DNA from: Sedimenticolaceae bacterium
GTDB taxonomy: Bacteria > Pseudomonadota > Gammaproteobacteria > Chromatiales > Chromatiaceae
Assembly: GCA_965223815.1 (NCBI GenBank)
Contig: OZ245019.1
Coordinates: 1,667,804 to 1,731,803 of the forward strand
Direction: 5' to 3'
DNA length: 64,000 nt
Shown: positions 39,364 through 49,495 of the stretch, piece by piece
Layout of the letters: every line of letters begins with the position of its first letter
Numbering within the stretch: the stretch's first letter is position 1
Translations under genes and position numbers: made by a program
The notes under the pieces: model-generated
Told to the model about the DNA's origin: nothing
Databases searched by the model: none
What the model saw: the letters and a program-made list of their open reading frames with translations, nothing else

Positions 39364-41078
39364 TGGCGACGATCGACAGACAGGCCTATGCAGAGATGTA
39401 TGGCCCCACCACCGGTGATCGTGTGCGCTTGGCGGATACGCAGCTATTCATCCAGGTCGAGGATGATAAAACGAGCTACGGTGACGAAGTGAAATTTGGC
39501 GGTGGCAAGGTGATACGCGACGGTATGGGTCAGGGACAGGCCTGTGCCGATGAGGTGGTGGACCTGGTAATAACCAATGCTCTGATTCTCGACTGGTGGG
39601 GAATCATCAAGGCGGACGTCGGAATCAAGAACGGCCGTATCTCCGGTATCGGTAAAGCGGGCAATCCGGATGTGCAGCCGGGCGTAGATATTGTGGTGGG
39701 CCCCGGAACTGAAGCGCTAGCCGGAGAGGGACAGATCTTGACCGCCGGCGGTATCGATTCACATATTCACTTTATCTGTCCGCAACAGATCGAAGAGGCG
39801 TTAATGTCGGGTGTGACCACTATGCTCGGTGGGGGCACTGGGCCGGCCACGGGCACCAACGCCACAACTTGTACTCCGGGACCGTGGAATATTCATCGTA
39901 TGCTTGAAGCGGCCGAAGCGCTGCCGATGAACCTCGGTTATCTCGGAAAGGGTAATGCCTCGCTCCCGGAGCCGCTGTTGGAGCAAGTCAATGCGGGTGC
40001 CATCGGGTTAAAACTGCATGAAGACTGGGGTACCACGCCAGCGACCATCGACAACTGCCTGACCGTGGCTGAGAGTGAGGATGTTCAGGTAGCGATCCAT
40101 ACCGATACGCTCAATGAGTCGGGCTTCGTCGAGCATACCCTTGCGGCAATGAAAGGTCGCACCATCCACACCTACCATACCGAGGGTGCCGGCGGTGGCC
40201 ACGCACCTGACATCATCAAGGCAGCAGGCTACCGCCACGTATTGCCGTCTTCGACCAATCCGACGCGCCCCTACACGGTCAACACTGTTGATGAGCATCT
40301 CGATATGCTGATGGTGTGCCATCACCTGTCGCCGTCGATTGCCGAGGACGTGGCCTTCGCGGAGTCCCGTATTCGCCGAGAGACTATTGCCGCCGAGGAT
40401 ATTCTCCATGACCTAGGCGCATTTTCGATGATCGCCTCTGACTCCCAAGCGATGGGGAGGGTTGGCGAAGTCATTATGCGAACTTGGCAGACCGCGCACA
40501 AGATGAAGGTACAGCGCGGCAGTCTGTCGGCTGGCGATAAGGGCGATCCGGCGGAGCATGACAATCTGCGCGCCAAACGTTACATAGCCAAATACACCAT
40601 CAATCCGGCGCTGGCACACGGTATCGCCCATGAGGTGGGCTCGGTGGAGGTTGGCAAACTCGCCGACCTGGTGCTATGGAAACCGGCTTTCTTCGGCACC
40701 AAGCCGAGCCTTATACTCAAGGGTGGCATGATCGCCGCCGCGCCGATGGGAGACCCCAACGCCTCCATTCCCACGCCACAGCCTGCGCATTATCGCTATA
40801 TGTTTGGCGCCCTTGGCGGTGCGCGGGCCGCTACCCGCATGACTTTCCTATCCCAAGCAGGATACAAGGCGGGTGTTCACGAGCGCTTAGGCCTGAAGTC
40901 ACTGCTGGGCGTGGTACAGGATTGCCGCAGCGTCAGCAAGCAGGACATGGTGCTGAACAGTTGGATGCCAACCATTGAAGTCGACTCGCAGACTTACGAA
41001 GTTCGCGCTGATGGCGAATTGCTGAAGTGTGAGCCGGTAGACGAGTTGCCGATGGCGCAACGATACTTCCTGTTCTAA
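39363..41078 (+). CDS. ureC: Urease subunit alpha
   Basis: Nickel-site motifs are present ([33 protein letters not shown]). The ATG overlaps the ureB stop (TGATG). Confidence 0.95.
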   Translation: MATIDRQAYAEMYGPTTGDRVRLADTQLFIQVEDDKTSYGDEVKFGGGKVIRDGMGQGQACADEVVDLVITNALILDWWGIIKADVGIKNGRISGIGKAGNPDVQPGVDIVVGPGTEALAGEGQILTAGGIDSHIHFICPQQIEEALMSGVTTMLGGGTGPATGTNATTCTPGPWNIHRMLEAAEALPMNLGYLGKGNASLPEPLLEQVNAGAIGLKLHEDWGTTPATIDNCLTVAESEDVQVAIHTDTLNESGFVEHTLAAMKGRTIHTYHTEGAGGGHAPDIIKAAGYRHVLPSSTNPTRPYTVNTVDEHLDMLMVCHHLSPSIAEDVAFAESRIRRETIAAEDILHDLGAFSMIASDSQAMGRVGEVIMRTWQTAHKMKVQRGSLSAGDKGDPAEHDNLRAKRYIAKYTINPALAHGIAHEVGSVEVGKLADLVLWKPAFFGTKPSLILKGGMIAAAPMGDPNASIPTPQPAHYRYMFGALGGARAATRMTFLSQAGYKAGVHERLGLKSLLGVVQDCRSVSKQDMVLNSWMPTIEVDSQTYEVRADGELLKCEPVDELPMAQRYFLF

Positions 41079-41089
41079 GGAGGCCCGGT

Positions 41090-41560
41090 ATGTTGCGCAT
41101 AGTCGAACGAATTGACAGCGGCGAACCGGTGGTGACGCTGACCCTGCCGCTGGAGTTGCGCGTTAAAGCCCGGCTGCGAGTTACCCTGGATGACGGCCGC
41201 GATGGGGGCCTGTTCCTCGACCGTGGTCCTATCCTGCGCGGCGGAGACCTGTTGTTGTGCGAGGATGGCAGCGTAGTGCGAGTGGTGGCAGCGGCGGAGT
41301 CGGTTTCTGTAGTTAAGACAGGAAATGCGCTGCTACTGGCGCGAGCTTGTTACCATTTGGGTAATCGCCACACCCCGTTGCAAATCCTTGAGGGTGAAAT
41401 ACGTTACCGGCACGATCACGTGCTCGACGAGATGCTGCAGCTATTGGGAATGAAAGCGGTAGTTGCGCAATTGCCGTTCGAACCTGAATCTGGGGCGTAT
41501 GGCGAACACGGTAGTGATCACGCCTACGGCCATTCCCATGGGCATGCCCATGTTCTCTAA
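41090..41560 (+). CDS. ureE: Urease accessory protein UreE
   Basis: 156-aa ORF with the core LARACYHLGNRHTPLQI and a His-rich C-terminus (HGSDHAYGHSHGHAH). Confidence 0.9.
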   Translation: MLRIVERIDSGEPVVTLTLPLELRVKARLRVTLDDGRDGGLFLDRGPILRGGDLLLCEDGSVVRVVAAAESVSVVKTGNALLLARACYHLGNRHTPLQILEGEIRYRHDHVLDEMLQLLGMKAVVAQLPFEPESGAYGEHGSDHAYGHSHGHAHVL

Positions 41561-42263
41561 TGTCAAGCAGCCGGACGCGTTACATCCCGCCAACTGTCCA
41601 TTGGCACAACTGCGCCTGATGCAGCTGGTCAGTCCGTCTCTGCCCATTGGCGGGTTCACCTATTCTCAGGGATTGGAGTATGCCGTGGAGTCTGGGTGGG
41701 TCGGGGACACGGCCAGCCTCAGAGACTGGCTGCATGGCCTGATAGAAGACAGCGTCGCTTGTCTGGAGATCCCTTTGCTGGCTCGTCTATACCGGGGTTG
41801 TATTTTACAGGACATCGATGCGCTGCATACCTGGGGCCGCTATCTGCTGGCTGCCCGGGAGACGCGGGAACTGCGTCTTGAAGAACAACAGCGCGCGCGC
41901 GCCTTGACCCGTCTGCTGATCGACCTGGGCATTGGCGAGGCGAAACGTTGGCAGCCGGCAATGCATCATTGCCAAACCGCCCCCTATGCGTTAGCGGCTT
42001 CCCAATGGGGAATACTTTTGCCTGAGGCGGCGCTGGGCTTTGCTTGGGCCTGGTTAGAGAACTCCGTAGCCGCGGCGATAAAGCTGGTACCCCTCGGTCA
42101 GACAGACGGACAGCGCATCCTCTTAGAATTGTCCGAAGCCTTGCCGGATGCAGTAGAGCGCGGTTTGGACTTACCTGACGATAAGATCGGAGCATCTGCC
42201 CCCGCGTTGGCGCTAGCCAGTAGTCTGCACGAAACTCAATACACAAGACTTTTCAGGTCCTGA
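41538..42263 (+). CDS. ureF: Urease accessory protein UreF
   Basis: LMQLVSPSLPIGGFTYSQGLEYAVE is the UreF signature. The start is one of three ATGs at 41538, 41544 or 41550. The track start at 41463 overlaps ureE too far to be real. Confidence 0.85.
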   Translation: MGMPMFSNVKQPDALHPANCPLAQLRLMQLVSPSLPIGGFTYSQGLEYAVESGWVGDTASLRDWLHGLIEDSVACLEIPLLARLYRGCILQDIDALHTWGRYLLAARETRELRLEEQQRARALTRLLIDLGIGEAKRWQPAMHHCQTAPYALAASQWGILLPEAALGFAWAWLENSVAAAIKLVPLGQTDGQRILLELSEALPDAVERGLDLPDDKIGASAPALALASSLHETQYTRLFRS

Positions 42264-42266
42264 AAA

Positions 42267-42878
42267 ATGAATAAACCAAAATCACCTGTTCGGATCGGTG
42301 TTGGTGGCCCGGTGGGCTCAGGTAAGACGGCGCTGCTGGAGGCCCTATGTAAGGCCATGCGCGATCGATACGATATCGCTGTTGTGACTAACGATATTTA
42401 CACTCGCGAGGACCAGGAGATTCTAACCCGCGCCAAGGCGTTGCCTGCCGAGCGTATACTCGGAGTAGAGACCGGGGGTTGCCCACATACAGCAATCAGA
42501 GAGGACGCCTCGATGAATCTAGCCGCGGTGGCTGATCTGCAGGAGCGGTTTCCGAATCTGGATGCAGTATTTATCGAGAGCGGAGGGGACAACCTCTCGG
42601 CGACATTCAGCCCCGAGTTGGCTGATTTGATGATTTACGTGATTGACGTTTCCGAAGGCGAAAAGATTCCGCGCAAGGGGGGGCCGGGGATTACCAAATC
42701 CGATCTACTGGTCATTAACAAGATCGACCTGGCTCCTTATGTTGGGGCTTCACTGGCAGTTATGGAGGCCGACACGCGGCGCATGCGTGGCGATCGGCCC
42801 TATGTTATGAGCAATATGAAGCAGGGTGCCGGCGTGGATGAGGTTGTTGAGTTCATCAAGAGGGAGGGGATGTTGTAA
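42267..42878 (+). CDS. ureG: Urease accessory GTPase UreG
   Basis: P-loop [11 protein letters not shown], plus ESGGDNL and the INKIDLAP NKxD motif. Confidence 0.95.
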   Translation: MNKPKSPVRIGVGGPVGSGKTALLEALCKAMRDRYDIAVVTNDIYTREDQEILTRAKALPAERILGVETGGCPHTAIREDASMNLAAVADLQERFPNLDAVFIESGGDNLSATFSPELADLMIYVIDVSEGEKIPRKGGPGITKSDLLVINKIDLAPYVGASLAVMEADTRRMRGDRPYVMSNMKQGAGVDEVVEFIKREGML

Positions 42879-43225
42879 CTGTTTTATTAGTTACATACAG
42901 GTAAAGCAGCGGAGTGGTCCAAATGGAGGAAATTGACCTCGGTGGAATGCCCAAGTGAAAACCCGTTCCAGAGCCCTCTCTTTTACCCAATAGCTTTGGT
43001 AGCACTGCTCGGGGTCGTTGTATCTTGCTCATTTTCTAGATATAGGTAATGCGTCTTCAATTTCATACCAGACCCACAACTGTGGAATCGTTACCACAGC
43101 TGCAACGGCATATTGTCCTGGGTATCCGCGTTAAGTCGTTTATTGGGAAATCTCGGTAGTCGAGTTGGCATCGATTTGTCTCTCAGAAACGATATAATTC
43201 GGTATTACAGAAAGCCTACACTGGC

Positions 43226-44203
43226 TTGATGTGGATAATAGCTAAAAATAAATTCAACGAGTTTACGGTCCGTCCAATCATATCACGCGATACCGGGACT
43301 TCAGTGAACTGCCCGCCAAATGCTAGCATGTCAATTCGGGGAATGGGTTGGGCAGCAGTTTCTAAGACAGCTGGTGTTTTTCATCGGCCGGGGGTGTGCC
43401 GGGTGGCGGATATATTCCTGAGTTATGCGAGAAGAGATGCTACTCAAGCAAGCGGGGTAGTCGCTGCGCTTCAGGGGGAGGGCTGGTCGGTTTTTTGGGA
43501 CAGGGAAATCCCTGTCGGTCAGACTTGGGAAGGCGTGCTAGAGCAACAGTTACAAGATGCATCTTGTGTTGTCGTTTTGTGGTCACCCGCTTCTGTTGAA
43601 TCGGTATGGGTACGGATCGAAGCGAATGAGGCAGCCGAGCGAGGAATACTGATACCGGCTTTGATTGAAGAGACATCCTTACCGCTTCGTTTTAAGGCGA
43701 TTCAATCCGCGAATTTAATCGGCATTGAAGATGATTCGTCACCGGAGGGGCTAAAAAAATTGTTAGACGCTGTTCGCTCTTTGGTGCAAGGAAAAAGGGC
43801 CGTTAAGGGCACACGCAGTCGGCAGTCGACAAAATCTGGGACAGCGACAATCGCGCGTACAATCGCTCGTATATTCATTGAATCTGGTGAGCAGAGGGGT
43901 AAGATTTTCAGGCTGACACGAGATATCAGCAGCATCACTATTGGGCGGGGTCAGGACTGTGACTGGGTATTTCCCGAGGACTTCGAAATTTCCAGAAACC
44001 ATTGCCGCCTGAAAATCGAAACTAAGGAAGTGGGTTCTTCAGCAGGAGAGAATTACGCATTTTCTATAATCGATTCGGGCAGTATGAACGGTACCATCGT
44101 AAATGGAAAGCGAGTCGAGAGAGCGGTTTTGGATGACGGTGATTACTTTCAGCTGGGTAATGTTCGCCTCAGACTTTCCATCGATCACCAAGCACCGGGC
44201 TAG
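43226..44203 (+). CDS. TIR-domain protein fused to a C-terminal FHA domain
   Basis: TIR_2-like motifs are ADIFLSYARRD, GWSVFWDREIPVGQTW, CVVVLWSPASVESVWVRIEANEA and ILIPALIE. FHA motifs are ITIGRGQDCDWVF, ISRNHCRL, GSMNGTIVNGKRV and GDYFQLG. The start is uncertain. 43226 is the maximal ORF, and ATG 43328 or GTG 43403 (GGGGG 9 nt upstream) are more likely. Confidence 0.8.
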   Translation: MMWIIAKNKFNEFTVRPIISRDTGTSVNCPPNASMSIRGMGWAAVSKTAGVFHRPGVCRVADIFLSYARRDATQASGVVAALQGEGWSVFWDREIPVGQTWEGVLEQQLQDASCVVVLWSPASVESVWVRIEANEAAERGILIPALIEETSLPLRFKAIQSANLIGIEDDSSPEGLKKLLDAVRSLVQGKRAVKGTRSRQSTKSGTATIARTIARIFIESGEQRGKIFRLTRDISSITIGRGQDCDWVFPEDFEISRNHCRLKIETKEVGSSAGENYAFSIIDSGSMNGTIVNGKRVERAVLDDGDYFQLGNVRLRLSIDHQAPG

Positions 44204-44510
44204 CTTTCTATAACTTGGTTGCAAAGGCTGGAACTCAAGTCAGGCTTTGTTGGAACTTAGCCGAGTCCCCTTGTCCCCAGCGAGGGCCGAGGAGCTTTAG
44301 ATAATATTTGCTCCAGATCAATACTTGCTTAGTTATAACAGTATAGATAAAAAGGTTTTACTAAATTAGTAAGTAGCCACGGCTGTTTTTCCCTGTTGCA
44401 GGAACTCAGCGTGTTATCCGGTCAGAGGAAGTCAGTTTTCCGCCTCGAGAGTGTACCTTGGTTCCGCGGCGTGGATCAGCTGCCGTAGCCTATTTAGGAG
44501 GAAATCTCAA

Positions 44511-45041
44511 ATGAAAGCAAAAAATGTAACCAGAAAGCTGGCGGTTATTTTCCCGACCCTCATGTTGATGCTTTTAGCAAGTGTATCCTTGCAGGCACAG
44601 ACCGGGGTTCTGATTTGTATCGAGGATATTCCCGGTGATTCAACGATAAGCGGGTATCAGGATTGCATTCTTGCGGATACAGCCAGCATAACCGTTAAGA
44701 GTCAAAAATCACCTTTTTGCAAAGTGACGGCGATCTACAGTATTGGGGTTCACAGCCCTCTGTTGGCGATTCAAGTGATACAACAGAGGGTAATGGAGGG
44801 AGTACGAGTCATATTTTTCAATCACTTGGGTGGGGGAGACCCTGTCGACGTTCCCTATGAATTGGAGCTTAATCGATTTATTGCGAAAAGAGTTACTGCA
44901 GAAGCTGCCGGCGAATCACCCTTTAGGGAGCAGATTACCTGGATACCCCACGAAGAGGCCACTATAGAAATCACGGCGCGTGCTTTTGATAACCAGAACA
45001 ATCTGTCTGGAATTGTCGAAGAGACAATTTTCTGTAACTAA
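44511..45041 (+). CDS. Secreted hypothetical protein with Hcp-like (T6SS tube protein fold) sequence features
   Basis: An AGGAGG RBS lies 9 nt upstream. The Sec signal peptide is MKAKNVTRKLAVIFPTLMLMLLASVSLQA|Q. The mature N-terminus VLICIEDIPGDSTISGYQDCI parallels the Hcp F.KI.GI.GES.D..H...I motif, and the later strand pattern is Hcp-like. This call was made by eye only. Confidence 0.4.
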   Translation: MKAKNVTRKLAVIFPTLMLMLLASVSLQAQTGVLICIEDIPGDSTISGYQDCILADTASITVKSQKSPFCKVTAIYSIGVHSPLLAIQVIQQRVMEGVRVIFFNHLGGGDPVDVPYELELNRFIAKRVTAEAAGESPFREQITWIPHEEATIEITARAFDNQNNLSGIVEETIFCN

Positions 45042-45103
45042 TCGCAGGATCCCGGATTGGTCATTGCGGGAGGTTTCGGTATTTTTCGATGCCGCAGTAT
45101 AAA

Positions 45104-45128
45104 CGGCTCCTTTGGGAGCCGCTTTTTT
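45104..45128 (+). terminator. Rho-independent terminator after the Hcp-like gene
   Basis: CGGCTCC-TTTG-GGAGCCG stem-loop followed by CTTTTTTAG. Confidence 0.75.
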
Positions 45129-45398
45129 AGTTTGATTCGATTCAATGGAGCCCTTTGCTCTACATTCGCTAGTAACCGCCCGGAAGCCCTTTCGGGGAGA
45201 AAACGAGTTGCCATACTTGCAAGCGCCGACCCGAACCTCGGCGAGCATCAATATCTCTTGGATTTTTCTGTGTGCAGAATTCATCTAGCCGGGCCGGAAA
45301 AATACGCGCTAAAGCCCCGAATGGCTAGGGCCCGATCAATTGACATATCTTTATTTGCTTAGCCAATCCAAATCAATATAGCCTCATTGCTACACACT

Positions 45399-46103
45399 TC
45401 ACATGGTTGTTTTTCTTTGTAAGCGTATCTTTGCCATTAAAGGTCGATGATCCGAGGCGTTTCGGCAGTTCGGGTGATTCGGTATGCAGATAGACTCGAT
45501 CAAATCGGGTGGCAGGCTACAGATGCGGTCTAGAGCCAGTATCGGCAAGCGAGAGGGGAAGGTCCGGGGTGTCTTCCGTTTCCCGAACAGGTTGTGAATG
45601 CGGGGCAGGACTCCCAACCCCGGAATCCATTCATTGAAATCTCCCATCAGTAGTGTGGGTCTGGTGTGGTCGCAGATGTGGGAGAATAGTTGATCAATCT
45701 GACTGTGTCGTTCAACCGGACTGAGACCGAGATGTGTTGCTACCACCCTCAGTGGTCCGGCCGGGGTCTCTATCAGCGCATCGATAGCACCACGGGGCTC
45801 GCGTTTCGGTTGACTGAGATTGATCCGGTTTATCGACAACAACGGGTAGCCGGTAAGCAGGAGATTGCCGTAGTGCCGTTCGTCCTGCTTCAGAAGTGGA
45901 CCGGCCACGGCGCGGAGCCCTGTGAGATTTTCCAGTAGTTCAATTTGTTCCACCGCGGTATGCGGCCCCCTTCTGGAGTCGACCTCTTGCAGAGCCGCAA
46001 TTTCCACGCAGAGATCACTTACCAGGTCTGCTACCCGAGACAGATCCTCGCCGATTGCGCCGTGTATGTTGTAGGTCAACACACTCAATTCTATTGCCTT
46101 CAC
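45399..46103 (-). CDS. Endonuclease/exonuclease/phosphatase (EEP) family protein
   Basis: 234-aa ORF with the N-terminal LTYNIHG motif and EEP-type catalytic motifs (LQEVD, GDFNEW, SDHRPL). Its GTG start shares one base with the upstream TAG stop. Confidence 0.8.
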   Translation of the reverse strand: MKAIELSVLTYNIHGAIGEDLSRVADLVSDLCVEIAALQEVDSRRGPHTAVEQIELLENLTGLRAVAGPLLKQDERHYGNLLLTGYPLLSINRINLSQPKREPRGAIDALIETPAGPLRVVATHLGLSPVERHSQIDQLFSHICDHTRPTLLMGDFNEWIPGLGVLPRIHNLFGKRKTPRTFPSRLPILALDRICSLPPDLIESICIPNHPNCRNASDHRPLMAKIRLQRKTTM

Positions 46104-48232
46104 TATGATGATCGTAGTACCCGGCGTAACCCAAAGGTGACGCCGATCAGTAATGCAGCCACCACCGCCAATACGCCCAGTGAGGTGAGGCCCGGATCGG
46201 TCACGGCCTGGTATAGGCTTTCGGAGAACAGACTGATGGCAAGGATTCCGGGAGCCAAACCCAATGCGGAACCCAGAAGGAACTGCCCAGGCTTAAGGTG
46301 TGAGGCACCAGCGATCAGATTGAAAATGGTAAATGGTGCGATAGGCACAAGTCGCAACACAATGATGGCCAACGTGCCTTGTTTCGATATGCGCCTACTC
46401 AGCCGTTCCACTCGCGAACCGGTAATCTGAGTGAGTAGATCGCGACTGAGAAGCTGTCCCAGCGTAAAGGCTATGCCAGCACTGATCAGTGCACCGATAA
46501 GCGCCAATACAAAGCCCTCCCAGGCTCCCAGTATGAGAGAGGACGCAACGATCAGTACAGTCAGAGGCAGCATCAGCAGGCTGGCGAAAACCAGGGTAAC
46601 TACGATTACCACTGCCCTCAGCACCGGGTCGTCGAATACCCGCAGCGCAGTGGCGATACGCTCTGCATCAAGCCATTCTGCCAAGGGCGTCCAGCGCCAA
46701 GCAATAGCGGCTGCAAGTAGCAAGACTATCAAGCCGAGCAACAGCATGCTGTGGCGGCGCCCGACCGAACGATGACTGCGGGGTACGAAGCGATTAACAA
46801 AATAATCCGTGTCAATCGGTTCGTCTGGGTCTACCAATTTATCGTCGGGAAGCAGGCTTTCCTTCACGGGATCCCGTTCTAATGGTAATTGGCGCAGGCT
46901 TCTTGGCCCATTATTACAGGTATTGATCGTATCTATCAGACTGTGATTCTGAGACATGCTTTCGGAGATCTGTTTCGGATCTGCTCCCAGGTGCTCCGCC
47001 AGCAGTCGATTTCGTAACTTTCGCACCATGTTGTGGCCATTTTCGCCTCGGGCTTCCAAGGCCAGATCGCACTCGCTATCCAGTCCCATGGATCTGTTGC
47101 TGGTATTCGCCGAGCCCACCCGCAACAAGCGATCATCCACAATCATCAGCTTTGAATGCACACTGATACAATCTTCCCCCAGACCTGGCCGGTGAGGGTA
47201 GTAGACGCGCAGCCGGTTATGTCGGTCCACCCGCTTCAAACGTGCCAGCATCCGCCCGCGAAGAACGTCCATGGTTGCCTGCTCCAACCAGCCGCCGGTG
47301 TGATGGGGCAGTACCAATACCACTTCTGGGCCCCCGCTTTCTCTTAGGCGTCGCACCAGCGCCCGGGTAAGCGCTTTCGACGTAAAATACTGGTTTTCTA
47401 TATAGATGTAATGACGGGCAGCGGCTACGCCTTCCAGATACAATGCCTCGACCTCGCGAATGGCGTCACGACCTTCGCCACCGGGGCAGGTTCTGGCGAT
47501 ACCCACCTTATGATCTCTGCACATGGGCTCCAGTGATTGAGGCCAGGGCCTGTGGGTCCCCAGTTCAGTTTTTACCGGTTCGAGCTGGCTTCCAGAATCC
47601 GCCCAACGCCTGCGGGCCAGTTCACCCAGCGCAGATGCGACATCGCCGCTCACTGCCAGCATCATATCGTGAAAAGGCGGATAGGCTTCTCCATCCGGAT
47701 CTACGCGGCGCGGGTCGTCGTTATTGTGCTCCGTGGTGTCCCACCGCCAGCGCGACAGGTCAATACCGCCGCAGAATGCCAACGCGTCGTCGATGACCAC
47801 CAGTTTCTGGTGCTGAGAACCGCCTATCGGGTGCTGCCCATCCAGTTGCACATGCAGCCTCGAGTATCCCTGGAGTCTTAGTCGCCAAGCCTGAAACAGC
47901 TCTCGCTCGGCGGCGTAGACAAGATGGAAGTCCCACATCAACAGATAGATATGCAAGCGCGGGTTCTCACGCAGCAACTGGCATAGGAAAGTACCGATTC
48001 GGGGAATGCCGGGGCCGCGCCCGAGTTTTTCACGGCGGTCGAAATCCCAGCCCAAAACAAAAATGGAGTGTTTTGCCTGTTCGCAGGCTTCCCGAAACGC
48101 CCGAAAGTAGGCCTCGCCATCAATCGCCACGGCGATACGATCCGCATTTTCCTGGCGCCAGCAGGTCTCGCCGGGTCTTAGTATCGATGTTGAACCGGAG
48201 CGCCGATCTGGTAGGTGGGATTGTTCGTCCAT
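46103..48232 (-). CDS. Phospholipase D-superfamily protein (two HKD motifs) fused to a C-terminal DedA/VTT membrane domain
   Basis: HKD1 is SQHQKLVVIDDALAFCGGIDLS and HKD2 is SVHSKLMIVDDRLLRVGSANTSNRS. The C-terminal ~220 aa are polytopic with a VTT/SNARE-associated pattern (LRLVPIAPFTIFNLIAGAS). Confidence 0.8.
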   Translation of the reverse strand: MDEQSHLPDRRSGSTSILRPGETCWRQENADRIAVAIDGEAYFRAFREACEQAKHSIFVLGWDFDRREKLGRGPGIPRIGTFLCQLLRENPRLHIYLLMWDFHLVYAAERELFQAWRLRLQGYSRLHVQLDGQHPIGGSQHQKLVVIDDALAFCGGIDLSRWRWDTTEHNNDDPRRVDPDGEAYPPFHDMMLAVSGDVASALGELARRRWADSGSQLEPVKTELGTHRPWPQSLEPMCRDHKVGIARTCPGGEGRDAIREVEALYLEGVAAARHYIYIENQYFTSKALTRALVRRLRESGGPEVVLVLPHHTGGWLEQATMDVLRGRMLARLKRVDRHNRLRVYYPHRPGLGEDCISVHSKLMIVDDRLLRVGSANTSNRSMGLDSECDLALEARGENGHNMVRKLRNRLLAEHLGADPKQISESMSQNHSLIDTINTCNNGPRSLRQLPLERDPVKESLLPDDKLVDPDEPIDTDYFVNRFVPRSHRSVGRRHSMLLLGLIVLLLAAAIAWRWTPLAEWLDAERIATALRVFDDPVLRAVVIVVTLVFASLLMLPLTVLIVASSLILGAWEGFVLALIGALISAGIAFTLGQLLSRDLLTQITGSRVERLSRRISKQGTLAIIVLRLVPIAPFTIFNLIAGASHLKPGQFLLGSALGLAPGILAISLFSESLYQAVTDPGLTSLGVLAVVAALLIGVTFGLRRVLRSS

Positions 48233-48597
48233 ATCAGATCGAGGGGGGCATTTTTACAGGTTTATCCTTTTGTGATATTGATGCGCTCCAGCAGATTGCA
48301 GCAAGAATCATTGAGGTTCTGCCTACCGTGTTCAACTAATTCTCTGTATCCCAACAGATCGTGGTGAAGAGATTGGCATTGGTCAATCCAGTTCTCGAAT
48401 GAGTGAGCTTTGGACTGGGGGTACTTTGAATTGGGGCTGAATGGTATATAGCGCCTACCATGTCGTCATTCTCAATCGATGCCCAGACTCGACAAATATC
48501 CGGCTGGCCGACACACGTCGTGTGCGCGACGCAGTTTCCTGGACCAGGGAAAAGGGACTGATCGTATGGGGATATGCGTAATGCCAGGGCCCGTAGT

Positions 48598-49023
48598 TCA
48601 CACTGCCCCTGGGCCTCTACTGAGAGCCTGCTCCAAATCCGCAAGTGCCTGGGAGTCGAGCACCCGTTGAGCTGTATCAAACAGTTCTTGTTCTTCAAAT
48701 TGTATATGTGCCGCAAGCAAATCGGCGAACGCTCCTAGATTACCCGATCGATTTTCAACGATAAGCGCGTGCATCATTCGGTGTTCACGCAAAGTACGAT
48801 CTATTAGCTCCACTTCCCCTGCAATCCGCAGCATTGGAAGCAAATTCTGCTCCTCGCGCCGAAAGTGTGGCTCCAACTCGGTATGGAAAATTTCGACTAT
48901 CGCTTCCCATGCCACAGCCTGTGTCGAAGCGTCCTGATCTGCTGCCAGGCGTGCCTTGCGAGCGATCAGCAGCTCGGTTTCATGGTCGCTGCTCAGGCTG
49001 CGTAGAGAGGTGTGGCGCTGCAT
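48598..49023 (-). CDS. Hemerythrin (HHE cation-binding) domain protein
   Basis: LSSDHETEL, ELEPHFRREEQNLLPML, REHRMMH and AAHIQFEEQELF give the H/HxxxE/H/HxxxE pattern. The start at MQRHTSL has a GAGGGA RBS. The maximal ORF extends to 49089. Confidence 0.75.
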   Translation of the reverse strand: MQRHTSLRSLSSDHETELLIARKARLAADQDASTQAVAWEAIVEIFHTELEPHFRREEQNLLPMLRIAGEVELIDRTLREHRMMHALIVENRSGNLGAFADLLAAHIQFEEQELFDTAQRVLDSQALADLEQALSRGPGAV

Positions 49024-49495
49024 AATCAGTCCCTCGACCGTTCTGTTTGAGGAGGAGATAAGGGTAGCAAAATTTTTTTTCGCACTCACTGACCGAAATC
49101 TCCCGCGGCTAACCTGCTAGGATATCTCTGTTAGTGGCTAATTAACAGATAGATATTCCCCACCCAGGGTGTCTAAACGAACGGCAGTGTATGATGTGGA
49201 CAATATGGCGAGAGCAGCGCAGAAAACGGCGAGGGACCTTCAGAGGAAATATAGCTTTGAGCGGCACCAATGCAGTTGCCCATAACCGAATAGCGGGAAA
49301 TATGGTCGTACACTATAAAACCATGGTTGAGAATCTGTGAGCAGAGTTCCCAACTAGTAGAGTTGAACTGATGTGATCCATGGGGAGCATCGTCATGGTA
49401 TCGAATTAGGAGATCAGATTAATCTGATATATTTAAGCGTCCCGTCGAACTCGTTCAGTAGACCGAGCTTTCCCATATAAATTTCCTGTTTTTTA

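Noticed and set aside
41463-41537. Upstream extension of ureF overlapping ureE by about 100 nt
   Set aside because: The UreF signature starts after the cluster of ATGs at 41538-41550. The extension merely re-reads the His-rich ureE 3' end in another frame.
43226-45041. FHA-domain and Hcp-like genes side by side as evidence of a type VI secretion locus
   Set aside because: No TssB/C, VgrG, TssM or ClpV genes are in the window. The Hcp-like protein has a Sec signal peptide and the FHA domain is fused to TIR, so this is not a T6SS cluster.
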